A program made the translations under genes and the position numbers. A model generated the notes under the pieces. That model made no database searches. It saw nothing but the letters and a program-made list of their open reading frames with translations, and had not been told where the DNA came from. A DNA stretch of 63,531 nt, filler included, from Phoronis australis (lineage: Eukaryota; Animalia; Phoronida): NCBI GenBank assembly GCA_002633005.1. It is 10 parts of 10 records of this genome, joined end to end, with 100 filler letters (N's around TTAATTAATTAA, not from the genome) between each part and the next. Parts side by side here need not be neighbours in the genome. Positions count along the whole stretch, not along the records: positions 48,488 to 51,594 come from NMRA01003219.1; positions 51,695 to 56,786 come from NMRA01002431.1; positions 56,887 to 61,560 come from NMRA01001743.1; positions 61,661 to 63,531 come from NMRA01001606.1; 6 more parts are not named here. One strand, 5' to 3'. Below are positions 50,745-63,209 of the stretch, in pieces; position 1 is the stretch's first letter, and each line of letters opens with the position of its first letter.

Positions 50745-52823
50745 GTAAGTGCACCTCGATTCCAAATGTACAACACCTTGTTTTAAGAAGTTCATGCGGG
50801 ATAAACAAATTCTTACTGCGAGAAATACCTTCATCACGGAGCCTGAACTTTAACAACACTCAGTCAGTATTAGAGTGGGTATTTTTAATGCCTGTGGGAC
50901 TCATAACATGTTAATATACCGTGGAGGGACGCGCCCATTCTCTGTGGTCTTTAAAACTACAACAACTAAAACTATCTAATACTACTAATGAAACTGACCG
51001 TAATGCTTATCTCTGGCTTACAAAACAAGGATCATAGACGGACTTAAAGGTCCCCTCTCGACGGCCAAAACGCGAAAGCGTGTCATTTTTAGGCTTTACA
51101 CAGCTATTTTCTTTCGAAAATCGGGTGCCCATCCCCTACGTTGGCATCCGGGGTCTCAGCCAATCCACCAGTGTGCTCGGTTTGTTCGAGGCAAGGCTTT
51201 ACGGTGCGTGTTCAGTGCTTCATAATGGGTGGCAGGGTGAACTCTCCGCCGTAAGTGGTCTGCGGTGTATGGATATGGGGCCTACATGTACTTAGATTTC
51301 TGCACCTGCTGTTGTTTTTATGACAGTTTTGTCGAACTTAGATGTAGATATTAGTCTACCAGTACCGTTGCAATTCGAATCACAGCGAATACGTGCACTT
51401 TTAGGGATTTTACAATCTTGACCGTCATCATTGCTCATCCTTCGAAACGAACGTGTCTATTTAAGTGTTCGTATTGTTAATTTTTGCAAATTCTTGCTAC
51501 CGTAAATATTTTTATTAAGTTTGGTTGAGCTTGAACTGATACAGAAATTCAATGCAGTGTTAAGCCTCTCCTATATATTCACGTGAACCCCTTGNNNNNN
51601 NNNNNNNNNNNNNNNNNNNNNNNNNNNNNNNNNNNNNNTTAATTAATTAANNNNNNNNNNNNNNNNNNNNNNNNNNNNNNNNNNNNNNNNNNNNACATAT
51701 CCTGCAGTTGCACAATAGCAACAGCGTACAAATGGCTAACAGAATAAGTGTTTGGTTCTAACAAGAACAAGGCAGTGTTGACATGCATCCACTGTGTGCA
51801 TTGCAAACAGTAAAGATACAACGGGAAGTCGCCATCTTAATTAGAAACCTAGTTGCAATATTTAACAAAATTCTGTTAAGGAACATGGTAGATACAGAGG
51901 CAAAGGTAAAAAATAAAAATGCCACTGGAGGGCACAGCAGTAGTTTAAATTTCACCAGCACATGTAATAAGCTTTATTGGAACGTATCGGCCAAATTTCA
52001 TGAAGGTTCTACAAGGGGAGATAGAAGCACACACCAAATGCCCAGACAGAGACTACAATACCATGGTACCATACACTAACACACACATATAAACAAGTGT
52101 ATGGGGCATATTAAAGGAATGATAACTGCACTTTCTTAACAGGATCTGAGCTTCAGCAAAGGTTTTGACGAAATTTTCAATTGACGGTCAATTAATTTTT
52201 TCGTTACTTTTATAGATAACTTCTAATAATCTGAATGTGGTGTTAAAACGTTTGAACTATAAATTACCTAACAAAGGGTGCGCATTGGTAAAAGGTAGCC
52301 CACGACAACTATGGATCAGTAATGTGCAGCCACACAACTGACTAATAAAGCCTTCTTTCAACTGATTTTTGTTCTCTTAGATACATTATACTACCCAAAT
52401 ACTCCTAGAAATAATTTAGCAAAATAAGAAAACACAATTTAAACACTCAAACAAAGACACATTGAAAATTAATTATTCTGCTCAGGGACAGCGCTTGTGC
52501 CAAATTTTAGAAACGACAACAGTGGCCATCTCAAATTGATGAATTACAATTCCATAAACAGTGGTTTCATGCGTAAGGTTGCACTCAATACAGTCATTTT
52601 TTATCGATATGTTGGCAATATGATCAAATACACTTTGCCACAAGATAGTGATTATAGAGTACTTGGCAGCGTTACCTTCACTCCAATCATGAGATTTAGG
52701 AGATTTGAGGCTGTGGGATATCACAGCATTTTAATATACTCTTTGCAATCGTCATCAAAATACCAATGATGGGCTGTGGGGTATTCAAAGCAATTCCCAT
52801 CAAATCTCTGACAAAGGTGTTTA

Positions 52824-53235
52824 GGGCCTTTCATACTAACGTCGATGCCTCGATGTTTTGGGGAGTTGCAGTCCGTATGAACGATGAACTTCAGTCCTGG
52901 ATTGAAGTTAACAGCGTCAGTTAACTTCGCACTGAACACGTGGATTTAACAGCGTTGCGTCGATGCTCTGGTGCAGTATGAACGGTCAACTTCGGTTCCA
53001 TAGAAGTTATCGCCAGGTGGCACTCTTTTTGTCAACAATTAAAGGGTAATGTTGTCGCTAATAGTTATATAATTATATTTTGCTTGAATAATCACCAACC
53101 AAATTAAAAACAAGTTATATGTAACGTTTACTTCTATGTCCATTAACTACCCAAGCCAGTATGAATGGTTTAGATGACTTCGCAGTTTACGTCGACGCTC
53201 CGCTCAGACCGGAGTTAAGTCAATATGAAAAGCCC
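52824..53235. mobile_element. PIF/Harbinger-like MITE
   Basis: TTA|GGGCCTTTCATACT...AATATGAAAAGCCC|TTT. Confidence 0.6.
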
Positions 53236-54423
53236 TTTTGAGTTTGTCAACTCCACTGATCTTGAAAACCGGAATTTAAAATTAGCAGAAGCAAAAGACA
53301 TTTTCATGATGTCACAACACCAACGAGGCCTATGCTCCACACATAGGTTGAGGATACGCCCGTTAGATGGTGCATGCATTTCGAAAGTAATGTCAAGTTA
53401 TGGAAAGTAAATGCGAGAATGAAAAGATCCCCATACAATACCGTCAAAGTCTACTAACACCAGTTCTCATGAAAACTTTGTAGTAAACCAAATTTCTCTC
53501 ACAACAAAATAATTGCAATTTTAGCAGTAATCAATGTCGATTTCTGCAAAAACATTTAGGCAATTGTGGAGGAAAAAATACCCGCACAGAAATTAAAATT
53601 ATACTGACACTCAGCTGAAGTCACCAAATGAATAGTTTGAGTTTTGAGAGACACTTTAAACAGTGCATGTAGCTTACCTAGAAGTCATGAAATTAATTAG
53701 CTCTACTATCTAGCTTAATACCTTTAATCAGTACTAGTAGGTGCCAACTGTCTGGCTTCTGGAAGGACAGTCCTGCTTTTGGTGGGACTATCCTGCTTTT
53801 TGAAGGTTTGACCCACCACACCAACAAAATGTCCCTTTTTTCAACACAGGACAAAGTAGATTCCACTAACTGTCATATATTATAGTGATTTATAACATTC
53901 AACTAAATTCAAAAATCAAAAAAATCTGTTGAACTGTTTTAGTACTGTTCCATTTTCCTGTTCAACTAAAATAAAATAAAAAAGGAAAAAATGTTGCTGG
54001 GGCATTTTCAGATGTTACAAGATTTGTATTTTCGTGACTCTGTGGCACACCCTTGACAAAGAGACCGTCACTCGGAACATGGGGATATTTTAATATATTT
54101 TAGTACTGACGCTCGTCGTTTTAGTTTTACTAGTTTTGCTGTTTTATACTTTTCAAGCCAAGTAACCATTTTTTCATTCTTAAATGCTGACAACTACTAG
54201 TAAGTTTACCAGGTCAGTCATCAACTGCACATCTCATTAGTGGTCTCCTGTACAGGTCACTCCTAAACAGTGCAGACAACAAGATTTTAAGTGCACAGTC
54301 ACTTTACAAAGCTAATGTGTATGAAGCCCTTAATCTCATCCAACTGGGCCAACAGTCAAAAGTGCGCTCGCTCCTGCCAGGAGCGCATGTATTGTTAAAA
54401 ATGGCCAGTTGTTAATTTGGGAT

Positions 54424-55589
54424 ACTGAACGAAGGACTGCTTGAAGAAAAAGTTTGATTACGAGAGTATTTGTTCGAGTTGGATGGAATTAAAAACGTCG
54501 ACGTCTTCTACAAAAGGTTCTGTTAACATGACTGATGGTTTAATCAGTGTGAGGCATAATTCGCCAAAAGATCTGGTGTATGAGGCTCCTATAGGAGATT
54601 CACCGTCTCTACTGGGGCCAGCTAGAGATGGTGGTCACTGTCTACGATTCAACAAACCAAGAACAACTGGTCTTTCTCCTGATAGCATTTATAGCATCTT
54701 GCTCCAGCTAGTTCGCCACAAATTCACGATCAAAAAGGCCGATGCATAGGAACTCCTGCAAGACAGGTTACATGGGTTAGCATGGGAACTGTCAGTTTGT
54801 CACGGAAGGTCACAGCATCAATAACAGAGTTACGGATGGATACCGGCAGTTGCCACTTTATCCCGGAAGGTTACGAAATGGTCTGGCTAAGTGTGTGGAG
54901 TTATTGATGTCGTGAGTTTCCGTGGCAAACCGGAAATTTGTGCTAACCCACGTGACCTGTCTTACAAGAGTTTCTGTATATCAGCCTTTTGGCAAGATTT
55001 TTGTTTTGATCGCGAATTTGTAGCGAATTCGCTGGAGCAAGATGCTCTAAATGCTATAAGGAGAAAGAACATTTACTCGTAGTTTGTAGATTGAACCCTG
55101 ATTTGTGTGATTTTATTGAGATTTATGTTTGATATGGACGACTTTAATGAAGCACACTATGGAATTCCTGGTCCTGAGTGTCAGCCGTTTAGTATTATAT
55201 ATAGTGTAATGAGGAGGATCAGAAGCTCAACCTAAGCACGCCTGTGCCTGTGGGCAAAAGTGGACCGCAACTAGCCCATGTCCATGGCTAAACAGTAAGG
55301 CAGTAGGTATGTACCTGAGGCAATTTGAGAGTAGACAGTGACCACTGAACCAAGGACTACTCGAAGAAAAAGTTTGATAATGGGAGTATTTGATCGAGTT
55401 GTAAGGAATGTAAAGACATCGACGGCCTCCGATGGTGTCCCTCTATTATGCGCAAAAGGTATTTATAACAACGTGACTTCGATGGTTTAGTCAGTGTGAG
55501 GCATAATTCGCCGAAAAACTTCCAGCGTATAAAGCTCCTATAGGAGCTCCACCATCTCTATTGGGCCAGCTAGACACGGTCATCACTGT
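54424..55589. repeat. Two diverged ~220-245-bp direct repeats (54424-54645, 55344-55589)
   Basis: Shared blocks gaagaaaaagtttgat, tcagtgtgaggcataattcgcc, gctcctataggag, gggccagctaga. Confidence 0.85.
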
Positions 55590-56886
55590 AGGAACTTCAG
55601 TTCACAAGTTCCCCAACCCCATCTCTGTGTTGGAACTTGGAGTACTGAGCCAGCTAGTCGGTGCTCACTGACACTGTCGTGAGGTGTCGAAGACAACTCA
55701 AACTCTGGAGCCAGATTGCAAACAAACTCTGTTTGCATCATTAGCGTACAGATTATCGATACAAATTAATTTGTGAGCCTTCTAACGTGTTACCTGGTAA
55801 CCCACCTTTAGCACCTGAAGTTGAGCCTGATAACAGACGACAGTAATCATGTGATCATTGATCGAGTTCAAGTTCCAAGGAAGCCAACTCAAAGTCGGAT
55901 GTTTTGTGCGCATGCGTTACAATGATGATCATGTTAGTAATTTCACTTTGGGTCGTATCTTTGATTTTAACAACATTGTGCTCCATAAATTACTGTGAAA
56001 GTATCAAAAATTATGTTCAATTTATTTTTTCTATTAAAATTGTGTAAAAAAGTTAAGATGAGCAACAGTTTTTCAAGAATGCAAAGTTCTTGTTTGTTCC
56101 TTTTCCGTTTGCGGTGGCTCTCTCTCAGATCAATTTGTATCGAATACCTTTTTCAGTCCATACATGATAGTTAAACAATCACCTGGGTTCAAATAATGAC
56201 TTAGACGTTTTTATGAAGCCAAATACAAAAATAATCTCGTCATGCTGAGTAGAAAAACTATCAAAGGTCACCTTTCTAGGTCAAAGTTCATTAAAATAAC
56301 GTAAATATGGCGGAAGGGGAGTGAAATTTTATTTTTGTGAGAAATAATTTAGTTTTGTTTGTAGAATTTGGTGTGCTTTTTGATTTTCCATTGCCACAAT
56401 GCATTTCTCTATACCTGATACTCAAGAATTTAAAGATGAGAGTGGTTCTTCGTACAATGTGAGTAAATAACACACCGTACTCAACTCTGACTGATCCTTC
56501 AGGGCTTGGCAGACTTAGTTATCTTCATCACTGCAACATTTCGTCATAGACAGTTCTTGTTGATCCACCAACCTGTGTTTCTGGCTACCGCCAACGTTGT
56601 AGATAAGTTGTTAATCCCAGGGCTTGGAATTTTCGCTTTAAGATTTCCTCTTTGTAGGTGTTGATTTCCTCTTATTTGATTTCCTGTTTCCTTTATAGTT
56701 GATGTAGAGGCTCACTGGTCGGCTGTATCTAGGACCCAATAGTGTTTTATTGGGTTCTAAACACAAAGCTGTATTTTACCCTATTTNNNNNNNNNNNNNN
56801 NNNNNNNNNNNNNNNNNNNNNNNNNNNNNNTTAATTAATTAANNNNNNNNNNNNNNNNNNNNNNNNNNNNNNNNNNNNNNNNNNNN

Positions 56887-56962
56887 GTACATATGCACAA
56901 ATTTTGGGCAACTTAAAATGGATCTATTCTTACTAATTACTTAATCAATATTTATTCTGACA
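56887..56962. mobile_element. End of a second LTR copy related to 2105-3005
   Basis: Near-identical to 2930-3005, ending TTCTGACA. Confidence 0.75.
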
Positions 56963-57843
56963 TGCATGAAGAATCATGATGAAAGTTGGTAGATGTGTTC
57001 CTTGACAAGAGCATGGCTGACTAATGCTCTGCATCCTCTAGAGTGTATTTTAAGTAAAATGCCATTGTTCTGTTCACCGGAAGTGTTTAAAATATTGATC
57101 ATCTCTTGTACCTGCGCTGTATGCGATGCACATTGTGGGCATGTACCAATGTTCTCGGTTGCTCTTGCTTTTTAAATAGAGGGGCAGTTTTCAAAATAAA
57201 CCGCCCATAGACCAGTACTGCAAGTGCCTTATGGTTTAATGTACTGAAGAGCTGTGATAAGATGAATATCCTGGAAAGAGCATCCAAGTTCTTAAATTAT
57301 TACTGCTCTAAGTCATGGGTGTTCTTGTCTCATTTTTATTATTCAGAAAGTGCAACATAATTATACTGTAGCTTCATCCAAAATAATGTTTGTTTACAGA
57401 TATACAGTAGCCTCTTCACTTTTGCACAAAAAACAGTGCTAAAAATTCCAATGTTTCTTATTTTGAAAAGCGGATTACATTCCTCAAAATTTCTGTGAAA
57501 GTTTCGTTCAATAAAAGTCATGCCACTGATAAAAGCAACTGTTCATCTCATTATTAACATTTGTTGAAAATGCTGAATAGTATATTGCTTCCTAAACTGA
57601 AGGCTATTTACCATTAATACATAGCACCGCATCAAATATCTGGTGGTATACTGACCTTAACATATGCCTATGAGTTTCACCTTTACAGGACAATCAACAA
57701 TGTACATTATAAGCCATGGAACGCACAGTCACTGGCCTGAAAGTAAACTAGAGGTACATCAATAGTTGACCAGATACAAGACTTTTTAAGTTCCAATATA
57801 GAATTAATGTATACCCCATCCTCCACACTTGTATTAAATTTAA

Positions 57844-58451
57844 GGTTATGTAGGACCCTAGAAAAATGTAAAAATTTTACAAACTTCGGAACATCAAATC
57901 TCAGAAAGGGCCAATTTAGGAGGCCGTGTATCTAAGTGGGTTGAGTGTCTGCCTCATGTTCAGATTGTACGTTCAAATACCATTGGATCCCACTGCTACA
58001 CCCAGGAGTCCGATCTTTAGCTCTTCAGCTTGGTCTGAATGTGTGTATATGTCTTAATGTTTTAATAAATAAAATGGTTTCAGGTGTTTGGTACAATGTA
58101 TCAGACCACCTCCACTATTTTTGTTAAATGGCTTGTTTCTAAAATGTTACACTTTTGCATGAGGAGCTTTCAAATTTGTTACTTATTATTTTTATGAAAG
58201 ACTCAACGATGAATAAAACAAAAATAATCCATGACAGTTTTTTGTGAGATTTCATCTTGAACATTGATATAAAAATCAAATTTATACATGCCATTATTAC
58301 CTTTGTTTTCTAATTAATGAACTTCTGTTTTTGGCATAAGGTCAAAAATCTAATTGTACAAGCTTTCTACTTTCAAAAATCTATATTTTTACTGTGTTAA
58401 AATCTAAAGTTGACTAAATACACAGACTTGTCGATGAGGTCCTACATAACC
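57844..58451. mobile_element. TTAA-specific (Kolobok-like) MITE; related copy at 59232-59626
   Basis: TTAA|GGTTATGTAGGACC...GGTCCTACATAACC|TTAA. Confidence 0.85.
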
Positions 58452-58506
58452 TTAATTTAGAAAATAAGGGGATAACTTGTTTCTGAAGTGTCACTAGATG
58501 TCTCCC

Positions 58507-59053
58507 TTATGCTATTGCTTCATTGGCTGGTTGGGTCTCTAGTTCAAAGTATGGTGGCTCTTCCTTGCTGTGTTCCATACCACGTGCTTCTATACTGTAA
58601 TATATGTTATCAACACCTCCTTCCTCTACAGCTCCCTCTAGAGGTGTGTACTCTGAACTGTCCAGTAGCCCTGCATTGCCAGCATTCAAGGAAGTGTAGT
58701 TGTTGTCCCTGTGGTCCAAAACTGTGTAGTGTGTATCATATATTGTTCCAGCTGCCCCTCCAGTAGACAGTGATGTGTAGCCACCACCTTTGTCTAAGGG
58801 ATTGCTTGGGTCTTGGTACACATTCTCCAGACTGCTATCGATTGCTTGTCCAGGTTGAGCGTACACGTTTTCAACTATGTTTTTACAGCCCTTGTCTGCC
58901 ACCACCTGTTGGTTAGTGGCTGATGTCAGTACTGGCTCTGATATTTGTAAATGTGATAGTCTGTTTCCCTCATCATCAGCTCTACCAGGTGGTGGTGATG
59001 TACCTCCCTCTGCCACTGCCTTGGTCTGGAGACATGATTTCTCTGGATGCCTT
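58507..59053 (-). CDS. Terminal exon of a single-pass receptor: tyrosine-motif-rich cytoplasmic tail
   Basis: ctctcttcctacag acceptor, phase 2 matching the TM exon. Motifs ENVYAQP, ENVYQDP, YTSL x2, YTVL, SEYTPL, YYSI, YFEL. Confidence 0.85.
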
Positions 59054-60503
59054 CTGTAGGAAGAGAGGTGAACTATAACGAACCTGCTGATAACCAACCA
59101 TCTGCCATAAAGACTTACTTAGGATTTAGACCAATTGCTGTCATATAAAACTGATCCGTCTAACTTGTTTCTCATTCAAAATTGAAATTATTTCTATACT
59201 TGTGAAGAGCTAAAAGTTCAATATTGCTTAAAGATATGTAGGACCTTATTGACAATTTTGTAGAAAACTAGAGAGTTTAATTCTGTAAAAGTTTGTGTTT
59301 TCTGAAAGTAGGAAGCCTGTTTAATTTGATTAACTTATTGCAATCTTCCATTAATTGGGTTATGTGACAATTTTTTACTGACCAAATTTCAGTTGTTACA
59401 ATGTTCAAGTTGAAATTTCAAAAACGCTGTCACAATTTGATAAATTATCATTTTATTTTCCTTTTAGGTAACTTTTTGATAAACCCATATGCAAAAGTAG
59501 AGCATTTTCAAAACAATTCTGTACAGCAATGTGGACAATATTGCTTTAAGCATTGTTTCATATAAATCCGACCTACCATTTGTTAGATAAGATGTTCCAA
59601 TTTGGATTTTATATTTTTACATAACCTTAAGGTCTTGTTTGACTGATAAAATAAATTGGCTGGGAATTCACTACCTGAACCCCAGGTCTGTCCATCAACT
59701 ACTTCGAATGTGAGGGACAGATTGAGACCAATTTTACAACAGCAACTTATCTATATTAAAATTTGTTTTCGCAGCCTCAGGATATGGGTTTGTATCAGCT
59801 ATGAAATTGCATTTCATCATTTCCTCATTTGAAAGGATGCCTTCCTGTTTTGAGAATTAGTTGTGTGATACAAATTACAGTTGGGCGCCAATCCTAGGAG
59901 TGAGTGCTTAATTGAAAGTTGTCAAAAGTATAGGGTACGCACTTAGCTGAACAGTGGGCACTTTATTCAGAAATGTTCAAAAGTAGGAGCTGGGCACTAT
60001 ATCATGTTCGTTGTTGGTCACACACTTCAACAGTCCGGTTTTCAGTTGTGGAGAACACTCAGATGTTGGTTACATTCAAAATAATATTCTGAAAACTCCA
60101 GTTTAGTAAAATCATAAAACTTGTGACTCCTTGGAAAACTGAAGAAGTTCTACAATTCTCTTAAGTTTTAATGTTGATATGTTGAATTTCCTTAGTTTTC
60201 AAAAGTTGAGATTTTGAAGTGTTAATGGGCCTGACTAAAACCACTTCTCCATTAAAAAGACTAAGAATGCCGCAATAGTTTCTTTAAGTTTTGTTATTTG
60301 AAATTTCTAATGGTTATGAATTCATGAAGAGCCCTAGATTTATGGTGACTAGCACAGAAATAATACAATGTGAATATGATTGGCAATTGTCACGACTTAC
60401 AGTCTTGCATTTTGAGAACCACTATTCCTCACTGAATAACAAGCATGGAACTGGTTCTCAAAGTGTAGAGACCCCTGTAAGTGACAACTGCATAATGACC
60501 CAC

Positions 60504-60582
60504 CTGATATACAAGAAGACTATGACTGCTGTCAGCACCAAAAGAACCACAACAGCACCGCTCACTCCACCGGCTACAGCCT
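60504..60582 (-). CDS. Transmembrane exon of the same receptor: AVAGGVSGAVVVLLVLTAVIVFLYIR
   Basis: Hydrophobic helix in a phase 1-2 exon, followed by basic RR after splicing. tgcag and gtgggt sites. Confidence 0.88.
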
Positions 60583-61660
60583 CTGCACATCAAACAGATG
60601 ATCGATTAACATTTTACTAATATTTACCATGCTAACACGCCTTTTTCGAGATGAGAAACAATGCTGATTTTGTCCCACCCTTCCTCATAATGCTAAAGTT
60701 GTTATTGCACAGACCTCATACTGGATTTCCACAGCAAAACTAACAGCCTAATTTGATTCCACTTATCCCCTGTTAAGTTAGGAAACGTGCAAGTGGTCTA
60801 TTGATATACTTGCATTGAGACTAACAATACTTGGTCCTTTTTACCATTTTAAGTTAAGGTTGGTGACTTTTGCGACTTTTACGTATTCTAAATATAACAT
60901 TGAAAATTTACAATAAATACCTTTTGAGATGGAAGCTGGCGTAACAGTTGGCTCAGGCTTGTTTCTGGAAGAAGATGGCAACTATATAGAAGATGTTACA
61001 AAAACCTCTTGTTTGGTTTCAACTCCAAGCGGCAGTGGTTGCTAAGTTGAGGTTTGTTCAGATATCAATCTATTCCATTAAGCGTTCTTATGCTCTTTCA
61101 GCATCTGGTGCCAGGATTCGAAAGCATCCGTAAATGGGTATCAGAGAACTGAAACCTAATACAACAATTTTGGCTAATTTTCATTTTTAATTCTGTCATT
61201 TTCAAAACCGGGAATAGAGAGCTTACATGAGCCTGGCCATTAACCAGATTGTTTACACTGAAGTCTGTTTAATTGTTTTATCTACTACTTGCGCTGGGGT
61301 CCCACAAAGACTTGGTATATTGTAAATAACTTGTTTTTTTTTAAAGCTAGCTGTGCATAGCTGGTATAGCAGGTGATGTGGTGGCTTTGCAAGTGTTGCT
61401 ATGACAGCTGTGTGATAGTACATCTCAAGAAATTGTTGGTACTCGTACATTGATGGTGTAACACTTCGGTTGATACTGTGACTTGGTGATGTCAGACCTC
61501 AAGACATTAGGCACTACCGGCACCTGTTTCCTAACTGGGAACCTTGAATGCTTCTTATCGNNNNNNNNNNNNNNNNNNNNNNNNNNNNNNNNNNNNNNNN
61601 NNNNTTAATTAATTAANNNNNNNNNNNNNNNNNNNNNNNNNNNNNNNNNNNNNNNNNNNN

Positions 61661-62139
61661 CCTTAAGATAGTGTAGTCATAATTTGTAACCATCAGTCCC
61701 TTAAGATAGTGTAGTCATAATTTGTAACCATCAGTCCCTTAAGATAGTGTAGTCATAATTTGTAACCATCAGTCCCTTAAGATAGTGTAGTCATAATTTG
61801 TAACCATCAGTCCCTTAAGATAGTGTAGTCATAATTTGTAACCATCAGTCCCTTAAGATAGTGTAGTCATAATTTGTAACCATCAGTCCCTTAAGATAGT
61901 GTAGTCATAATTTGTAACCATCAGTCCCTTAAGATAGTGTAGTCATAATTTGTAACCATCAGTCCCTTAAGATAGTGTAGTCATAATTTGTAACCATCAG
62001 TCCCTTAAGATAGTGTAGTCATAATTTGTAACCATCAGTCCCTTAAGATAGTGTAGTCATAATTTGTAACCATCAGTCCCTTAAGATAGTGTAGTCATAA
62101 TTTGTAACCATCAGTCCCTTAAGATAGTGTAGTCATAAT
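61661..62139. repeat. 38-bp tandem satellite (~12.6 identical units)
   Basis: Unit CCTTAAGATAGTGTAGTCATAATTTGTAACCATCAGTC, head-to-tail with no spacers. Confidence 0.98.
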
Positions 62140-62140
62140 N

Positions 62141-62890
62141 GGACGGACGGACAGAGATGACGGCATAATGCGTCCACATATAAATATGTGGGCGCATAAA
62201 AATGGCCACTAGGTGGCGCAAACTACCTTGAATCCATCTGAAAACAGGGGGATAGCGTCATCTCACTAATAGGTGCCAATATACCAAATTTTATGAAAAT
62301 CCGTTCAGGACTTTTGAAGAAACAGAGGTAAACGTAAAAAACTAAAATTGCCACTAGGGGACACACTGGTAGTCGAATCCATCCGAAAGTTCGCTCATGC
62401 CGTCCCATTCATGAATGGAACAAAAATGACAAATTTCATGAACGTATGGAAAACGTGCAAAATTTCATGAAGATACGTCAAGGCGTTTTAGAGATAGAGC
62501 ACCAGACGCCGGACAGAGGGAGATGACGGCATAATGCGTCCACATATAAATATGTGGGCGCATAAAAATGGTCACTAGATGACACAAAATGCCTCGAATC
62601 CATCGGAAAATTGAAAGGATTGCGTCATCTCATTAATAGATGGCTATGTGCCAAATTTCATGAAAATTGGTTGAGGACCTATGAAGATACAGAGGGAAAC
62701 GTAAAAAAATAAAATTGCCACTACAGGGCACAGCGGTATGCGGATCGGTCCAAAAATCGTCGCCCTCTGTCGTCCGCCCCATGGGAACACATCTGTAATG
62801 GGTTTAGGAGATGCAGTCGCGGACATCGGATGCCTGGATGTCTAGACAGAGACGACAGTAATATGCACCCACTATGTGGGCACATGAAGT
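62141..62890 (+). mobile_element. Tandem Helentron-associated (HINE/DINE-like) non-autonomous units
   Basis: (GGAC)n microsatellite, 3' hairpin atgcgtccacatat-aa-atatgtgggcgcat followed by AAAAA (twice, a third degenerate), ccaaatttcatgaaaat core repeats. Confidence 0.65.
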
Positions 62891-62899
62891 GATATAAGG

Positions 62900-63061
62900 C
62901 TATCTTGGTGTGACAACAGTCGAGTGAACTGATGGGCCAACATACAAAAATACATCAGGTTCTTGCACTAGGAGGTCGTTGATGGACACTTCGTTCTGGT
63001 CGACATCTGTCAACAGCAGCTCCACTTGTGGAAGACTGTCTCTGGAAGCAAGCTTGTGAAC
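62900..63061 (-). CDS. Probable terminal exon, weakly resembling the C-terminal strands of an extended Tudor domain
   Basis: tttcctgcag acceptor, VHKLASRDSLPQVELLLTDVDQNEVSINDLLVQEPDV...*. Confidence 0.35.
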   Translation of the reverse strand, partial: VHKLASRDSLPQVELLLTDVDQNEVSINDLLVQEPDVFLYVGPSVHSTVVTPR

Positions 63062-63209
63062 CTGCAGGAAACAGAGCAAGGAAATGAACAGCTCAGCCTT
63101 TCGCCAAAAATGCACTTTTAAGAAATGTGCATCAACAAAACATACCCTTCGGTGTGTAAGCCTGCTGCAGTTCAGGTCTTTAGCAAGTTCATGTTCACAG
63201 CAACGAACG

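Noticed and set aside
61661-62139. CRISPR array (repeat length 38 bp)
   Set aside because: Units are head-to-tail with no spacers, there are no cas genes, and the context is eukaryotic. It is a satellite.
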